Source: Hypanus sabinus (taxonomy: Eukaryota). From it: a DNA stretch of 64,000 nucleotides. The translations under genes and the position numbers were made by a program. Shown here piece after piece: positions 37,997-51,130 of this stretch. The notes under the pieces are model-generated. The model was not told the DNA's origin, made no database searches, and saw nothing but the letters and a program-made list of their open reading frames with translations. The first letter of the stretch is position 1, and every line of letters starts with the position of its first letter. Where the stretch lies: assembly GCF_030144855.1 (NCBI RefSeq), contig NC_082725.1, positions 46,376,001 through 46,440,000 on the forward strand. Reading direction: 5' to 3'.

Positions 37997-38611
37997 CTGA
38001 CAAAAGGGAAAATAAAACATCTCATGACGGTGCCTACAAGACACATTCATTTAAACATTTTGGTTAAAAAGTGGGAAATATTGGTCAAAAATCATAAAAG
38101 TAGGAAACCGCCTCTGCAAGTCAGAGATCATCAGTGGAAAGAAAAAGAATTAACATTTCAGGTGGAGAACTTGTATGAGAAGTCTGACAAAGAGACTTTA
38201 ACCTAAAGCATTATCTGTTTTTCTTCCCTCTGATACTATTTTACCTGCTCAGTGTTTCCAGCATTTTCGGTTTTTTGATGATGTTTTCCAGTATCTGCAG
38301 CTTTCTATTGTCATTTACCGGGAAATTCAGAGTTTGAATCTTCATGCTAAGATGGCACCGGTGAACCACAGTGACACATTGTGGGCTGCTTACAAAACAT
38401 CTAAATATACCTCTTCAGATTTACTCACTGCAAGCTGCTGCCTGGAAACTGGCATACTTTTGAACCATCTTAATCAACTAGTGATTTCACAACCTTCTTA
38501 AGGACTCAGCGGACTTAACGTCCAAGCATGCAGGTATGACAACCTTTAAATGGACGAAGGTACATCGCCATAACCGGAAGAGATAGAGGAGGGGAAGACT
38601 CCAACCCAGAC

Positions 38612-39989
38612 CAGGGGTCAGCAACCTTTACCACTGAAAGAGCCACTTGGACCCGTTTCCCACAGAAAAGAAAACACTGGGAGCCGCAAAACCCGTTTGA
38701 CATTTAAAATGAAATAACACTGCATACAACGTTTTGTTTTGCCTTTATGGTATGTATAAACAAACTATAATGTGTTGCATTTATAAAATTGATGAACTCC
38801 TGCAGAGAAAACGAAATTACATTTCTGCATGCCACAAAAACATTTTGAACTCCGAAAAAAAGACGTTGAGTTGAAGGTTACTTTTAAGTAAAATACTCAA
38901 CGTCTATTTGAGTCCTTCTTGTATTTATGAAAAACGCCAAACTTAAATTTACAGCCAGCAGCAAACCAAAAATAATGTCAGCCAGCTGTCAACCTGAAAA
39001 ATAAAAGGACTATTTCACTGAACAATGAAAACATATGAATATACGTAAAATAATAGGCAATTAAAATATTTATCATACTTGGTCAGGTTGACTCACACCT
39101 GACAATGCAGTCGTATTCAGTAGGGATGGATCGATGCTTAGGGGAGTGACCGGGAAGGATAATGTGTTTTTTTCCTCTCTGAACTCACAGAAGCGTTTCC
39201 CAAACTATGTTTGCATTGCGATGATTGCAGAATGTAAATACCCCGAATTTATCATGTCGTGATCTTGTTTGAACTCTCTCAAATTGGGGAAGTGAGACAA
39301 AGTGCCTTTCTGTAAATCTCTGGCAAGCAACGTCAACTTGCGCTCGAATGCCAAAACATCCTCCAACATGTGCAGGGCTGTACGTCCTTACCCCTGAAGA
39401 GCTGTGTTCAGCGTGTTCAGGTGCGCTGTCATGTCTACCATGAAGTGTAGCTTTTCCAGCCACTCTGGCTGTTCCAGCTCAGGAAAGGTGAGCCCTTTGC
39501 TGCCCAGGAAAGTTTTCACTTCTTCCAGACACGCGACAAAGCGTTTCAGCACCTCCCCTCTGGACAGCCAGCGATAAAAACACGTTGTAGCGGTGTGCTA
39601 CACGCAGTCAGTAAACTGCAGTCAAAGATAGCTTTATTCGAACTAAACAGCCTTGCTTTTAAGCCTTCCTCATCCCGCCACCCATGGGCGCGGATGCTGC
39701 AAAAGACACGTACTCACAAACCCCCGTAGGCTATCTCCCTTAGCCTGAACGCTGGCTAATTGTGAGCCGGTTCGGATGTGTCAGGAAATGGGTCGCCCGC
39801 CACAACGTCTTATTTAGATTGTACAAGATCACCATAATCTTCAAATTTAGAATTACATTTCAAAAACTAACAAACTAACATAAAATACATTTTAAATACT
39901 GACCAATTATTTCCCAAAGCAACAGGGAGCCGCAGCACAGACGTAAAAGAGCCCCATGTGGCTCCGGAGCCGCGGGTTGCCGACCCCCG
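38612..39989 (-). mobile_element. hAT (Charlie/GTF2IRD2-like) internally deleted DNA transposon, 8-bp TSD
   Basis: TSD ACCCAGAC at 38604-38611 and 39990-39997; TIRs CAGGGGTCAGCAACC / GGTTGCCGACCCCCG. Minus strand encodes RWLSRGEVLKRFVACLEEVKTFL..WLEKLHFMVDMTAHLNTLNTALQG. Confidence 0.92.
39586..39804 (-). mobile_element. 219-bp solo LTR nested in the hAT element
   Basis: TGTAGCGG...CCGCCACA inverted termini, ACGT 4-bp TSD on both sides, AATAAA on the minus strand at about 39635. Confidence 0.75.
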
Positions 39990-41499
39990 ACCCAGACTGA
40001 AACACCAAGAAATTGAAGTTCCTCTACTCAGCATCTTGTCAGTGAATGTCCAGTCACTGGAGAGCAAGATTGAGGACCTAAGAGCAAGATTGCTGTACTG
40101 GAGGGAAATATGGAATTGCTGCGTTCTGTGTTTCATGGAGACATGGCTCATTCCAAACACATCAGATGGGGTGATCAGACCCAAGGGCTTCTCGCTACAC
40201 AGGATAAACCAAACTGTTGATTCTGAGAAGGCAAAAGTTAGGCTTCTGTGTTTCATGATAAACTCTCTGTGGTGCTCAGACGAAACGGTTTTGGTCTTAT
40301 CACATTATTGTTCCCTTGACCTGGAACACCTAATGATTAAGTGTTGATACTTCTACTCACCAAGAGAGTTCTCCTCTGTGATCCTGACCACAGTTTACAT
40401 ACCACCAAAAGGTTAATTAATTAGATATTAATCAGGCACTCAAGTTATTGAACACTGCCATCACCAAACAAGAAGCAATCCACCCGACACATTTGAAATC
40501 ATAGCTGGAGACTTCAATCAGGCTTGTTTGATGTAATCTCTGTCAATTATCATCACTAATTATCATCACTGCAGCACTAGGGGTCTCAACACTCTCGACC
40601 ACTGCAATGCTACAATTAGGAAAGCCTAATGTTCCATGTCTGGACCACATTTCGGGAAATCAGATCACTTGGCTGTCCTTTTCCTACCTGCACAAACTCA
40701 GAGGTTAAAGAGCATAGCTCCAGAGGCAAGGACAACAAAGCTGGTAGCAGGAGGCTGAGGGTGGCCTCCCACAGCCCCCATGACTCTGAGGCCAATATGT
40801 GAGTATCCTTCAGGAAGGTGAACCCACGGAAAGCATCTGGCCCAGATAGGGAACCTAGACAAGTACTAAACACCTGTGCTGCTCAACTGGCTGGAGTGCT
40901 CACTGACATCTTCAAACTCTCACTTTGGCAGTCTGAGGTATCCAGCTGCTTGAAGCAGGTTTCAATTACACTGGTACTCAAGAAGAATGCGGTAATCTGC
41001 CTCAATGACTGTTTACATCCACTGTGATGAAGTACTTAGAGGTTGGTGATGAAACACACCAACTCCTGCGATGTGGATCCACTCTAATTTTCCTACCATC
41101 ACAACAGGGCCACAGCAGATGCCATTTCATTGGCTCATCACTCAACCCTGGAACACCTAGACAGCAAAGATGCACACAACTGGATGCTCTTTATCTACTA
41201 CTGCTTGGGATTCAATATTATCATCACTTCAAGACTAATCAACAAGCTTCAAGACCTTGGCCTCAAAACTTCCTTGTGCAATTGGATCCTCACTTGCAGA
41301 CCCCAGTCTGTTCGGACTGGTAACAACATCTTCATCACAACCTCCATCGGCACAGGTGCACAAGGCTGTGTGCTTAGTCCCCTGCTCAACTCACTTTGTA
41401 CTTATGCCTATGAGGCTAAGCACAGCTCCAACGCTATATTTAAGTTTGCTGATGACACAACTGTCATTGGCTGAATCAAAGTTGGTAATGAATCAGCAT

Positions 41500-42719
41500 T
41501 TTCAAGAAATAACAAGCAGGAAAATTGGAAAATTGGCAGATGGAGAACTGGAGACTGGCTGATGTGTGCTTGGATTTTCAGAAAGCCTTTGACAAGGTGC
41601 CACACGAGGCTGCTTAACAAGTACAGTAAAGATACTAACATGGATAAAGCAGTGGCTGATTGACAGGAGGCAAAGAGTGGGATTAAAGGGAGCCTTTTCT
41701 GGTTGGCTGCCAATGACTAGTGATGTTCCACAGGAGTCTGTCTTGGGACCCATTCTTCTTACATTATATGTCAATGATTTGGGTGATGGAATTGATGGCT
41801 TTGTTGCAAAGCCTACAGATAATATGAAGATAGGTAGGGGGCAAGTAGTTTTGAGAAGGTAGAGAGGCGACAGAAGGACTTAGACAAATTAGGAGAATGC
41901 GCAAAAAAATGGCAGATGGAATACAGTGTCAGGAAGTGTACCATCTTTGGAAGAAGAAATGAAAGGGTTGATTATTTTCTAAATGGAGAGAAAATACAAA
42001 AACAACGAGACACAAAGGGACTTGGGAGTCCTTGTGCAGGATTCCCTAAAGTTTAATTTGCAGGTTGAGTCTGTAGTGAGGAAGGCAAATGCAATGTTAC
42101 TATTCAATTCAAGAGGACTAGAATATAAAACCAAGGATGTAATGTTGAAACTTTATAAAGCACTGGTGAGGCCTCCCAGAGTATTGAGAGCAATTTTAGG
42201 CCCCTTATCTTAGAAGGGATGTGCGGAAACTGGAGCAGGTTCAGAAGAGGTTCACAAAAATGACTCCATGATTGAAAGGCTTCTTGTATTTAGAGCGTTT
42301 GATGGCTCTGGGCCTGTATTTACTGGAATTCAGAAGAATGATGATGACCTCATTGAAAGCTACTGAATAGTGAAAGGCCTTGATGGAGTGGATGTGGAGA
42401 GAATGCTTCCTACGGTGGGAAATTCTAAGACCAGAGGACACAACCTCAGAATAGAGTGGCATCTTTTAGAACAGAGATGAGGAGGAATTTCTTTAGCCAG
42501 AGAATGGTGAATCTGGAATCTTTTGCCACAGGCAGTTGTGGAGCCCAAGTCTTTATGTATACAATATTTAAGGCAGAGGTGGATAGATTATCGATTGATC
42601 AGGGTATGAAGGAATACAGGAAGAAGGCAGGAGAATGGGGCTGAGAGGAAAACTGGATCAGCAATGATGAAATGGCAGAGCAGACTCAAATAGGCTAATT
42701 CTGCTCCTATGTCTTATAT
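41500..42719 (+). mobile_element. 5'-truncated CR1 inserted in Rex1
   Basis: DFQKAFDKVPH; VPQESVLGPIL; RTEMRRNFFSQRMVNL; CR1 3' UTR. Confidence 0.9.
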
Positions 42720-43575
42720 GAGGGAGATTGAAAATCTGGCTTAGTTGTGCCATAACAAAAACGTCTCACTGAATGTCAGCAAGACCAAAGAGATGATTAT
42801 TGACTTCAGGAGGAGGAAACCAAAGGTCTATGAGCCAGTCCTAATGAGGGGATCGGAGGTGGAAAGGGTTGGAAACTTTAAATTCCTTAGTGTTGTAATT
42901 TCAGAGGCTCTGTCTAGGGCCCTGTACCTAGGCAACATTACAAAGGAAGCATTATAGTGTCTCTACTTCCTTGGAAGTTTGCTAAGATTTGGCATGACAT
43001 CTAAAACTTTGACAAACTTCTACAGATATGTTTTGGACAGTACATTGACTGGCTGCATCACAGCCTGGTATGGAAGCACCAATGCCCTTGAATGGAAACT
43101 CCTACAAAAACTAGAGGATACGACGCAGTCCATCATGAGTGAAGCCCTCCCCACCATTGATTTCATCAACATGGAGCACTATTGCAGGAAGGCAGCATCC
43201 ATTATCAAGGACTCCCACCACCCAGGCCATTCTCTCTTCTCGCTTATCCCATCAGGAAGATGGTACAGGAGCCTCAAGACCCACACCACCAGGTTCAGGA
43301 ACAGTTATTACCTCTCAGCCATCAAGCTCTTGGATCAAAGGGGATAACTTCACACACTCCATCACTGAACTGTTCCCACTATCTTTGGATTCCCTTTCAA
43401 AGACTCTTCAACTCATCTTCTCGATATTGCTTATTTATACGTTATTATTTTTTATCTTTTGTATTGCACGGTTTGTTGTCTTTTGAACATTGGCTGTTTG
43501 TCTATCCTGTTGGGTGCAGTCTTTCAAAGATTGTACTGACTTTCTTGGATTTACTGTGTATGCTCACAAGAATTT

Positions 43576-46362
43576 TTTTTAAATTGAAGCAAGAGGCTGA
43601 GAGTGAAGGAGTAAAGGAATCTCGGAGGCAAGTAATTTTTTTTTACACTCCTTGGAGAAAAGAGGCTAGACTGTGCAGGCACATGACGTAGAGCGCTAAA
43701 GGTTAAAAAAAAAGACCACAATATACAGCGGGCAGCGGAGTGAGAGGGAGCAGAGTGGGACGGCTTCAGCTCAACAGGCTTCGGCGTGAACAGGCAGAGG
43801 TGAGTGTAGGATTTGTTTTGTTTGTTTAGAGTAGAGAGAATGCCAGGCAGGATGTTGGAATGCTCCTCTTTCAGGATGTGCGAGGTCAGGGAGACCTCCG
43901 GTGTCCCTGACAACGACACCTGCAAGAAGTGCATCCAGCTGCAGCTCCTAACAAAACGCGTTAGGGAACTGGAGCAGGAGCTGGATAACTTCCGGATATT
44001 TCGGGAGAATGAGGAATTTATAGATAGTAGTTTCAGGGAGGTAGTTATGCCAAAGGAGCAGGACACAGGTAATTGGGTTACTGTCAGGCGAGGGAAGGGG
44101 AAAGGGCAGGTAGAGCAGGGCTCCCCTGTGGCCATTCCCCTCAACCGATTTGGATACTGTTTGGGGTGGGGGGGGGGGGGAATGGCTTACCTGGGACAAG
44201 CTGCGGCAGCCAGATCTCTGGCACTGAGTCTGGTTCTGCAGTACAGAAGAGAGGGAGGAAGAAGAGGAGAGCGGTAGTGAGAGGGGACTCAATAGTTAGA
44301 GGTACAGACAGGAGGTTCTGTGGTCGTGACAGAGACTCCCGGATGGTTTGTTGCTTCCCGGGTGCCAGGGTCAGGGATGTCTCTGATCGCATTCTGAAGT
44401 GGGAGGGTGATCAGCCAGATGCCATGGTACACATCGGTACCAATGATGTAGGAAGAAAGAGTGAGGAGGTCCTGAAGAGTGAGTATAGAGAGCTTGGTAG
44501 GAAGTTAAAAAGCAGGACCTCGAGGGTGGTAATCTCAGGATTGCCACCTGTGCCACGTGCCAGTGAGGGTAAGAAAAGGATGCTTTGGCGGATGAACACG
44601 TGGCTGAGGAACTGGTGTAGGGGACAGGGTTCCAGATTTCAGGATCATTGGGACCTCTTCTGGGGCAGGTGGGACCTGTACAAGAGAGATGGGTTACACC
44701 TGAACTACAAGGGGACCAATATCTTGCAGGGAGGTTTGTTAGTGCAATTGTGGAGGGTTTAAACTAGATTTGCAGGGGGATGGGAACCAGAGTGCCAGAC
44801 CAGCTAATGGAGTGGGGGTGAAAATAAATGTTAAAAGTGCATGCAAACTCACAAATAGAAGGGTTGTGTGTGGTGGTAATAATCTTCTGAGGTGTGTCTA
44901 TTTCAATGCAAGGAGTATTGTGTGGAAGGCTGACGAGCTGAGGGTGTGGATTGACACATGGAATTACAACATCATAGCCATTAGTGAAACTTGGCTGCAG
45001 GAGGGGCAGGACTGGCAGCTTAATGTTCCAGAGTTCTGATGTTTCAGACGTGATAGAGGCAGAGGAATGAAGGGTGGGGGTACTTATTAGGGAGAGTCAA
45101 CATGGCTTAGTGCATGGTAGGTCATGGTTAACAAATCTATTAGAGTTTTTCGAGGAGGTTACCAGGAAAGTGGATGAAGGGAATGCAGTGGATGTTGTCT
45201 ACATGGACTTCAGTAAGGCCTTTGATAAGGTCCCGCATGGGAGGTAATTTAAGAAGATTCAGTCGCTAGGTATACATGGTGAGGTAGTAAATTGGATTAG
45301 ACATTGGCTCAATGGGATAAGTCAGAGAGTAGTGGAGGATTGCTTCTCTGAGTGGAGGCCTGTGACTAGTGGTGTGCCACAGGAATCAGCGCTGGGTCCA
45401 TTGTTATTGTCATCTATATCAATGATCTGGATGATAATGTGGTAAATTGGATCAGCAAATTTGCTGATGATACAAAGGTTGGAGGTGTAGTGGACAGTGA
45501 GGAAGGTTTTCAAAGCTTGCAGAGGGATTTGGATCAGCTGGAAAAATGGGCTGAAAATTGGCAGATGGAGTTTAATACAGAAAAGTGTGAGATATTGCAC
45601 TTCGAAAGGACAAAGCAAGGTAGAACATACAAGGTAAATGATAGGGCACTGAGGAGTGCAGTACAACAGAGGGATCTGGGAATACAGATACAAAATTCCC
45701 TAAAAGTGGTGTCAACAGGTAGATAGGGTCATAAAGAGAGCTTTTGGTACATTGGCCTTTATAAATCAAAGTATTGAGTATAAGAGTTGAAATGTTATGG
45801 TGAAGTTGTATAAGGCATTGGTGAGGCCGAATTTGGAGTATTGTGTGCAGTTTTGCTCTCCGAATTACGGGAAGGATATTAATAAGGTTGAAAGAGTGCA
45901 GAGAAGGTTTACAAGGATGTTGCCGTGACTTGAGAAACTGAGTTACAGGGGAAGGTTGAATAAGTTAGGACTTCATTCCCTGGAGCGTAGGAGAATGATG
46001 GGAGACTTGATAGAGGTATATAAAATTATGATGGGTATAGATAGAGTGAATGCAAGCAGGCTTTTTCCACTGAGGCTAGGGGAGAAAAAAATCAGAGGAC
46101 ACGGGTTAAGGGTGAAGGGGGAAAAGTTTAAAGGGAACATTGGGGGGGGCTTCTTCACACAGAGAGTGGTGGGAGTGTGAAATGGGCTGCCAGATGAAGT
46201 GGTAAATGCGGGCTCACTTTTAACATTTAAGAAAAACTTGGTCAGGTACATGGATGAGGTGTATGGAGGGATATGGTCCAGGTGCAGGTCAGTGGGACTA
46301 GGCCAAAAAAAAGGTTTAGCACAAACCTTTCTGTTTCTGTGCTGTAATGTTCTATGCTTCTA
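43576..46362 (+). mobile_element. CR1 with 5'UTR and ORF1, and ORF2 with a large internal deletion at about 45080
   Basis: ORF1 CKKCIQLQLL and RAVVRGDSIVRG..VHIGTND. ORF2 start CVYFNARSI..ISETWL jumps directly to the RT region (agtcaacatggc). Tail TTCTATGCTTCTA. Confidence 0.92.
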
Positions 46363-46973
46363 AAACATATCTCAGGTTTGTTTATGACACCCTAGCTATA
46401 TTAGTGCTATGACTTTTGAAAAATTCTGTAACTTCAATTTACTGTTTACAGTTTACATTAAGAACTGAAAACTGGTTCTTGCTTGATTTAGTATCTGCTA
46501 TATTCATGTAACTCCAGAATACTCCCTTGCAGCAAGCAAAAAATGCATTGTGCTCATGAGGGAGCAAATCTCATTGCCATTCATTTAGATGAGTTCAAAG
46601 GACTTATAGGGTCATTGAAAGAAGAATTCCGTGATATCCTGTCCAACACTTAAAAGTCAACCAACATCATTAAACAGTTGATCTGATCATTATGACATTT
46701 CTCTTTATGGGTCTTGCTATCTCCTCCAATTCCTAAAATCAGTGGACTTTAAAGGCAGTTCAGTTATCTCAGTAAGATGCCTTAAAGTGGTGAAAGTCAC
46801 TATATAAATGTAAATGAAAATATATTAAAAAAAAACTGCAAATGCTGAAAACCTGAAACAAAATCAACAAATTCTGGACAAACACGGCAGGTTCTGAATG
46901 TTCTGACCTAAAATGTTAGTTTTGTTTTCCTGATAAAGAATTAATTAAGATTAAGATTAATTTTCCTTCTTAC

Positions 46974-47086
46974 CTCCATCCTGAGGATAATGCAATTATT
47001 CCTAGTATTAATACTTGTCAAATGCTGAAATCTTAAATCTCGAGCTTGAAGTCCTAGTTCTTGGTATAGTTCTGTCTTCTTTCGCT
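46974..47086 (-). CDS. MRS2: MRS2 coding exon 4
   Basis: ctgcag|(E)RKKTELYQELGLQARDLRFQHLTSINTRNNCIILRME|gtaaga; 113 nt; contains the RDLR motif. Confidence 0.97.
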
Positions 47087-47653
47087 CTGCAGTGATAAGT
47101 ATATTATGAACATAGTGTCAAAAGTTTGAGACCGTTATCCACAGCAATTTAAGCAGCAGCAATTCTCTTACTACCATCTCAACCATGAATCAACATTAAT
47201 AGCAATAATTATACAATTCTTTATATTTGTTTACTCTCATCTTTGGAAACTTTGCCACAAGCTCCGAAATTCTCTCTCTGAAACATTTCACCTTCTTAAA
47301 CCCCAACTCTGCTCAAGATTTTCATTACTCCTGTCACACTCTGACCACACTGATATTTATTTCTTTGGTTTGCTGTAGATATTTATCCAACAATTTTTTT
47401 GTTTATAACACACTGTAAGCACCATCAGCCATTAAAATTCTACAGGAATGCAAGTCACTGCTGGCGCAGCAAGTTCCCTGTTGACAAGGTGACAAAAGGT
47501 GTATTACATGAAGAGGAAATGATGATGGTGAGGCAGTCAGAAGAAAGAAAGTAATTCCATGACAGGAATCCCAAGTGGAATCAACATTACAAGGAGAGAC
47601 ACAAGGCTGCAGATGCTTTAAGTTCTTATCTAAAGTGATTAAAACCAACTTAC

Positions 47654-47690
47654 CAAAGAAACTTATGTTTCCTGTGCTCTCATATTTCAC
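47654..47690 (-). CDS. MRS2: MRS2 coding exon 3
   Basis: tttcag|VKYESTGNISFF(E)|gtaagt; 37 nt, phase 0/1. Confidence 0.9.
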
Positions 47691-47768
47691 CTGAAAGGCA
47701 ATTACATTTTTAATGTGAGGCACACACTTCTTCTTCAAACTTTATAAGTATTTATAAGAACTACTTAC

Positions 47769-47842
47769 TACAGAAAATACAGGAACCACGCTGCCAAGGG
47801 TAGTTTGTGATGAATCCTTGCTGAGACTATGTTGTCCATTCA
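47769..47842 (-). CDS. MRS2: MRS2 coding exon 2
   Basis: tttcttcag|(L)NGQHSLSKDSSQTTLGSVVPVFSV|gtaagt; 74 nt, phase 1/0; compare human SQATLASVAPVFTV. Confidence 0.9.
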
Positions 47843-49308
47843 CTGAAGAAACTTTAAAGTTGAAAACATGAGCAAGATTTGCTTTCAACATAAACATACA
47901 ACTGCTCTCATACTGATGTGCTATGAATAAAGAAATGCTTCTATTGTCCTTTATTATTATTGACCTTTGTGTACTATTTACAATTTGACTCTCTTTCCTC
48001 ACTTTACAAAATTGATTCCTATCTCAGCTGTACTTCTTTGGCCACAAACTTTCATGAAATATCTGCAGATAACAAAAGACAATGTATAAACACATATTTT
48101 TTACTTTCTATCCATAAAACTAAATGAAAATAATTCCCTGCAAGTAATATAAATTGCAATCATTGAATGTGTTTAGAAATAAAGCACAAGTTGCCAAAAT
48201 TACACACAAAGTGCTGGAGGAACTCGGCAAGTCAGGCAGCATCTATGAAGGAAAATGGACTGTTGACATTTCTGGCCCCTTCATCCTCCAGCATTCTGTG
48301 TTGTCTCTTGTGTGCACGAGTTACTTTCCTAAAGATTTACAAATGGGAGAAAGTCATTCAATAAATGAGACCATGGATAAATTAAGCCAGTCTTGCTCAG
48401 GGTTTATCATCAAGCTGTCACTAAAATGAAAATAGATTCAAAATTCCTTGTTAGGTAATGTCACCATGGAATACGGAGAAAAGTTGGGAAAGTGGTATTC
48501 CAGTGGAGAATCACAATAAATTCTCCCTTCATCCTTGTTTAATCTGTTAGTACTGATGAACATTTTGAAATCCCTCTCACCAAACACTGTGCTGAAACAG
48601 AGTGAAATCTGACGAGCTTGCTTCTTTTCTCCGAGATTTTTAAAATATATTTTATTGTTTTATGTGAACAGACTTGGAAAAAACTAACAAAAAACTAACG
48701 AGTTTTCTCCGAGTTTTAAAATGTCCTTTATTTTTTTTATCGCCATTGATGAATTCCGAAAACCAAAATAATTTAGGGCATTTTGTTTAAGACTCTCCAG
48801 AAATACAAGTTACTGACTGGAGTCTAATCTGCATTAGGGAACAGAGAGTTTGATTTAATGTTAAATCTCTGGAATTTCTGAAATAGTCATTTAATATCGT
48901 ATGCCCAAAAGTCGCTTTCAGCAGATGTCACACTGTCAGCGATGAGGGAAGTAAGGGGAGTGGAAGTGAATTACTTTTCCCGGACAACACACATACACAT
49001 TGCAGTCAATGAACTCCTGTCCAGTATATTAAACCCACAATAATCAGAAACTAACTTAGTTTATTACAATGAAACAAAATTTAATTTCAAAGTAGCATCT
49101 GAGCAGTCAGTGAAAATCACGCCAATGTTTACTACCGCTGTAAATCATACTGTAAACAGCCCTACAAAACAAAGATTCATTAAGTGTAAGCGTCTGTCAA
49201 AAAACTCACAGTGCTTGCTTAATTCAGGTAGGAATAGTTGGGGTTGGTTTCCCAGAACACAAGTATGAAGTGCAGAAATATTTCTTCCACGATGCTTTGA
49301 CATCTTAC

Positions 49309-49420
49309 GGGTGAAGCCGTGTTTAAAACATCGTAATTTAGCTGGCGTGCTTTTAAAGGTGAACCCAGCTCGCTCTCGAAAGGCGGGCAGGAACGACCGA
49401 AGCAGTCCGCAGACCTCCAT
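49309..49420 (-). CDS. MRS2: MRS2 coding exon 1 (mitochondrial presequence)
   Basis: ATG at 49420; MEVCGLLRSFLPAFRERAGFTFKSTPAKLRCFKHGFT+C|gtaaga. The phase-1 donor matches exon 2; Arg/Lys-rich, acid-poor, CpG-rich context. Confidence 0.78.
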
Positions 49421-49795
49421 TCGTCAGTTTCTTATTTGAAACTCCCTCGCGGCCTTCAAAACAACCAGAGTCCCCAATGACTTCTTCCAGCAACTAAATC
49501 CGAGGATGCCGCAACGCCAGATCGACTGAGCCACCTCTCCCGGAAGAAAACACCAGCAAGAGAGGATGAAGTACGCGGATGTCTTAAAATAACTTTGCCA
49601 AACTTAAATAAAGGACGTCTGTCAAAGCGATTTCAATGGCTGCTTCCGGGAGACTTCTAAGTCAACCAGTTGCGGGAAGATTCGAATGCGCCGGGCGGAA
49701 TTCCGAAGGAAGGAGTCCCTAACAACACAGGGACAAGCTAAGCAATCTACCCCGGAAATCAAGCCTCTTCAATGTACGCAGGCGCGATCGAAGAG
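49421..49795 (-). promoter_or_regulatory. Putative MRS2 5'UTR/promoter (CpG-rich, ETS/GABP-like and NRF1-like motifs)
   Basis: CCGGAAG at 49540, CTTCCGG at 49643, CCGGAAA at 49752, ACGCAGGCGCG at 49776. Confidence 0.55.
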
Positions 49796-49796
49796 G

Positions 49797-51130
49797 TCAA
49801 GTTTATTGTCATGTGCATAGAAATACATGCTGTGAATGCCATAGAAATTAACTTTTTGCAACAGCAGTGCAGAACATAAATATCACAACCATGAAGTACA
49901 TAAACTAATAGTAACATAATTTATACATAACTTTGCACCACACAATAAACAAACGTAATTTGAATTTTAATTGGCAATTATTCACACGTACTGAAATAGT
50001 CTTGTCTTGCAAACTGTTCATACAGGTCAAATCATTACACAGTGCACTCAGGTAGAACAAAGTAAAATAATAACAATGTAGAATAAAGTGCAACAGCGAC
50101 AGAGAATCAGGTTTCATATTTCTGGCATATGTCAAGAATGTCAAGTCAGGTTTATTGTCATTTAACTATGTACATGTACAGTATACTGTCAAATGAGAAG
50201 TTTCTCTGTACATTATATATATATAGCGCAAAAAGAGCCAAAAAAAAATAAAGATGAGGTAGCGTATAAGGGTTCATTGTCCATTCAGTTTTCTGATGGC
50301 AGAGGGGAAGAAGCTGTTCCTGAATCATTGAGTGTGTGTCTTCAGGCTCCTGTATCTCCTCCTTGACTGGTTGTAATGTGAAGAGGATTATGTCCTGGGT
50401 GGGGAGTGAGGGATCCTTAATGATGGATGCCGCCTTTTTGAATCATCACCATTTGAAGATATATATTTTATCTATTGAGATAGAGCATGGAGTTGGCCCT
50501 TTCGGGCCTTCGAGCCGTGTTGCCTCGCAACCGCCAATTTAACCCTAGCCTAATCACAGGACAATTTACAATGACCACTTAACCAATTAGCTGGTACTTC
50601 TTTGGACCCTGGGAGGAAACCAGAGCACCTGGAGGAAACCCACATGGTCACAGGGAGGACGTACAAACCTATTACAGGCAACGGCAGGAATTGAACCTGG
50701 GACACTGATATTGTATAGCATTGTGATAACCACACTACCATTCCAATGTCCTCAATGCTGGGGAGGTTAGTGCTCATGATGGAAATGTCTAACTTTACAG
50801 CTTTCTGCAGCTTTTTCTGAACCCATGCATTGGCCTCTCCATACCAGAGAGTTATGCAGCCACTTAGAATGCTCTCCATGGTTCCTCTGTAGAAATTTGC
50901 AAATCTTTGGTGAAATACCAAGTCTCTTCAAGCTCTTAATGTCATACCTTTTTTGTAATTACACCAACATGTTGGGCCCAGGATAGATCTTCACAGATGT
51001 TGATACCTGTGAACCTGAAACTCCTGATCCCTGGAAGCACTGGTGTACTTCCCTTGTCTTTCCCTTTCTGAAACCCGCAACCAATTCTTTGTCTTACTGA
51101 CGTTGAGTGCAAGGTTGTTGTCACACCAAC
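49797..51130 (-). mobile_element. Rex1/Babar 3' fragments with a V-domain SINE inserted at about 50460-50740
   Basis: FANFYRGTMESILSGCITLWYG; several tcaagtttattgtca tails; reverse V-domain gggaggaaaccagagcacctggaggaaaccc. Confidence 0.8.

Larger units (their letters stand above)
38340..46420 (+). mobile_element. Rex1/Babar LINE split by three younger insertions (pieces about 38340-38611, 39990-41499, 42720-43572, 46363-46420)
   Basis: Endonuclease SILSVNVQSLESKIEDL..CFMETWL; RT QGCVLSPLL..FKFADDTTVIG, resuming at 42721 (LNVSKTKEMIIDFRR); the 3' UTR resumes after the CR1 tail. Confidence 0.85.

Noticed and set aside
49145-49308. Extending MRS2 exon 1 to the end of the 91-aa ORF (donor at 49150)
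   Set aside because: That donor is phase 0, whereas exon 2 needs phase 1; the GTAAGA donor at 49308 fits.
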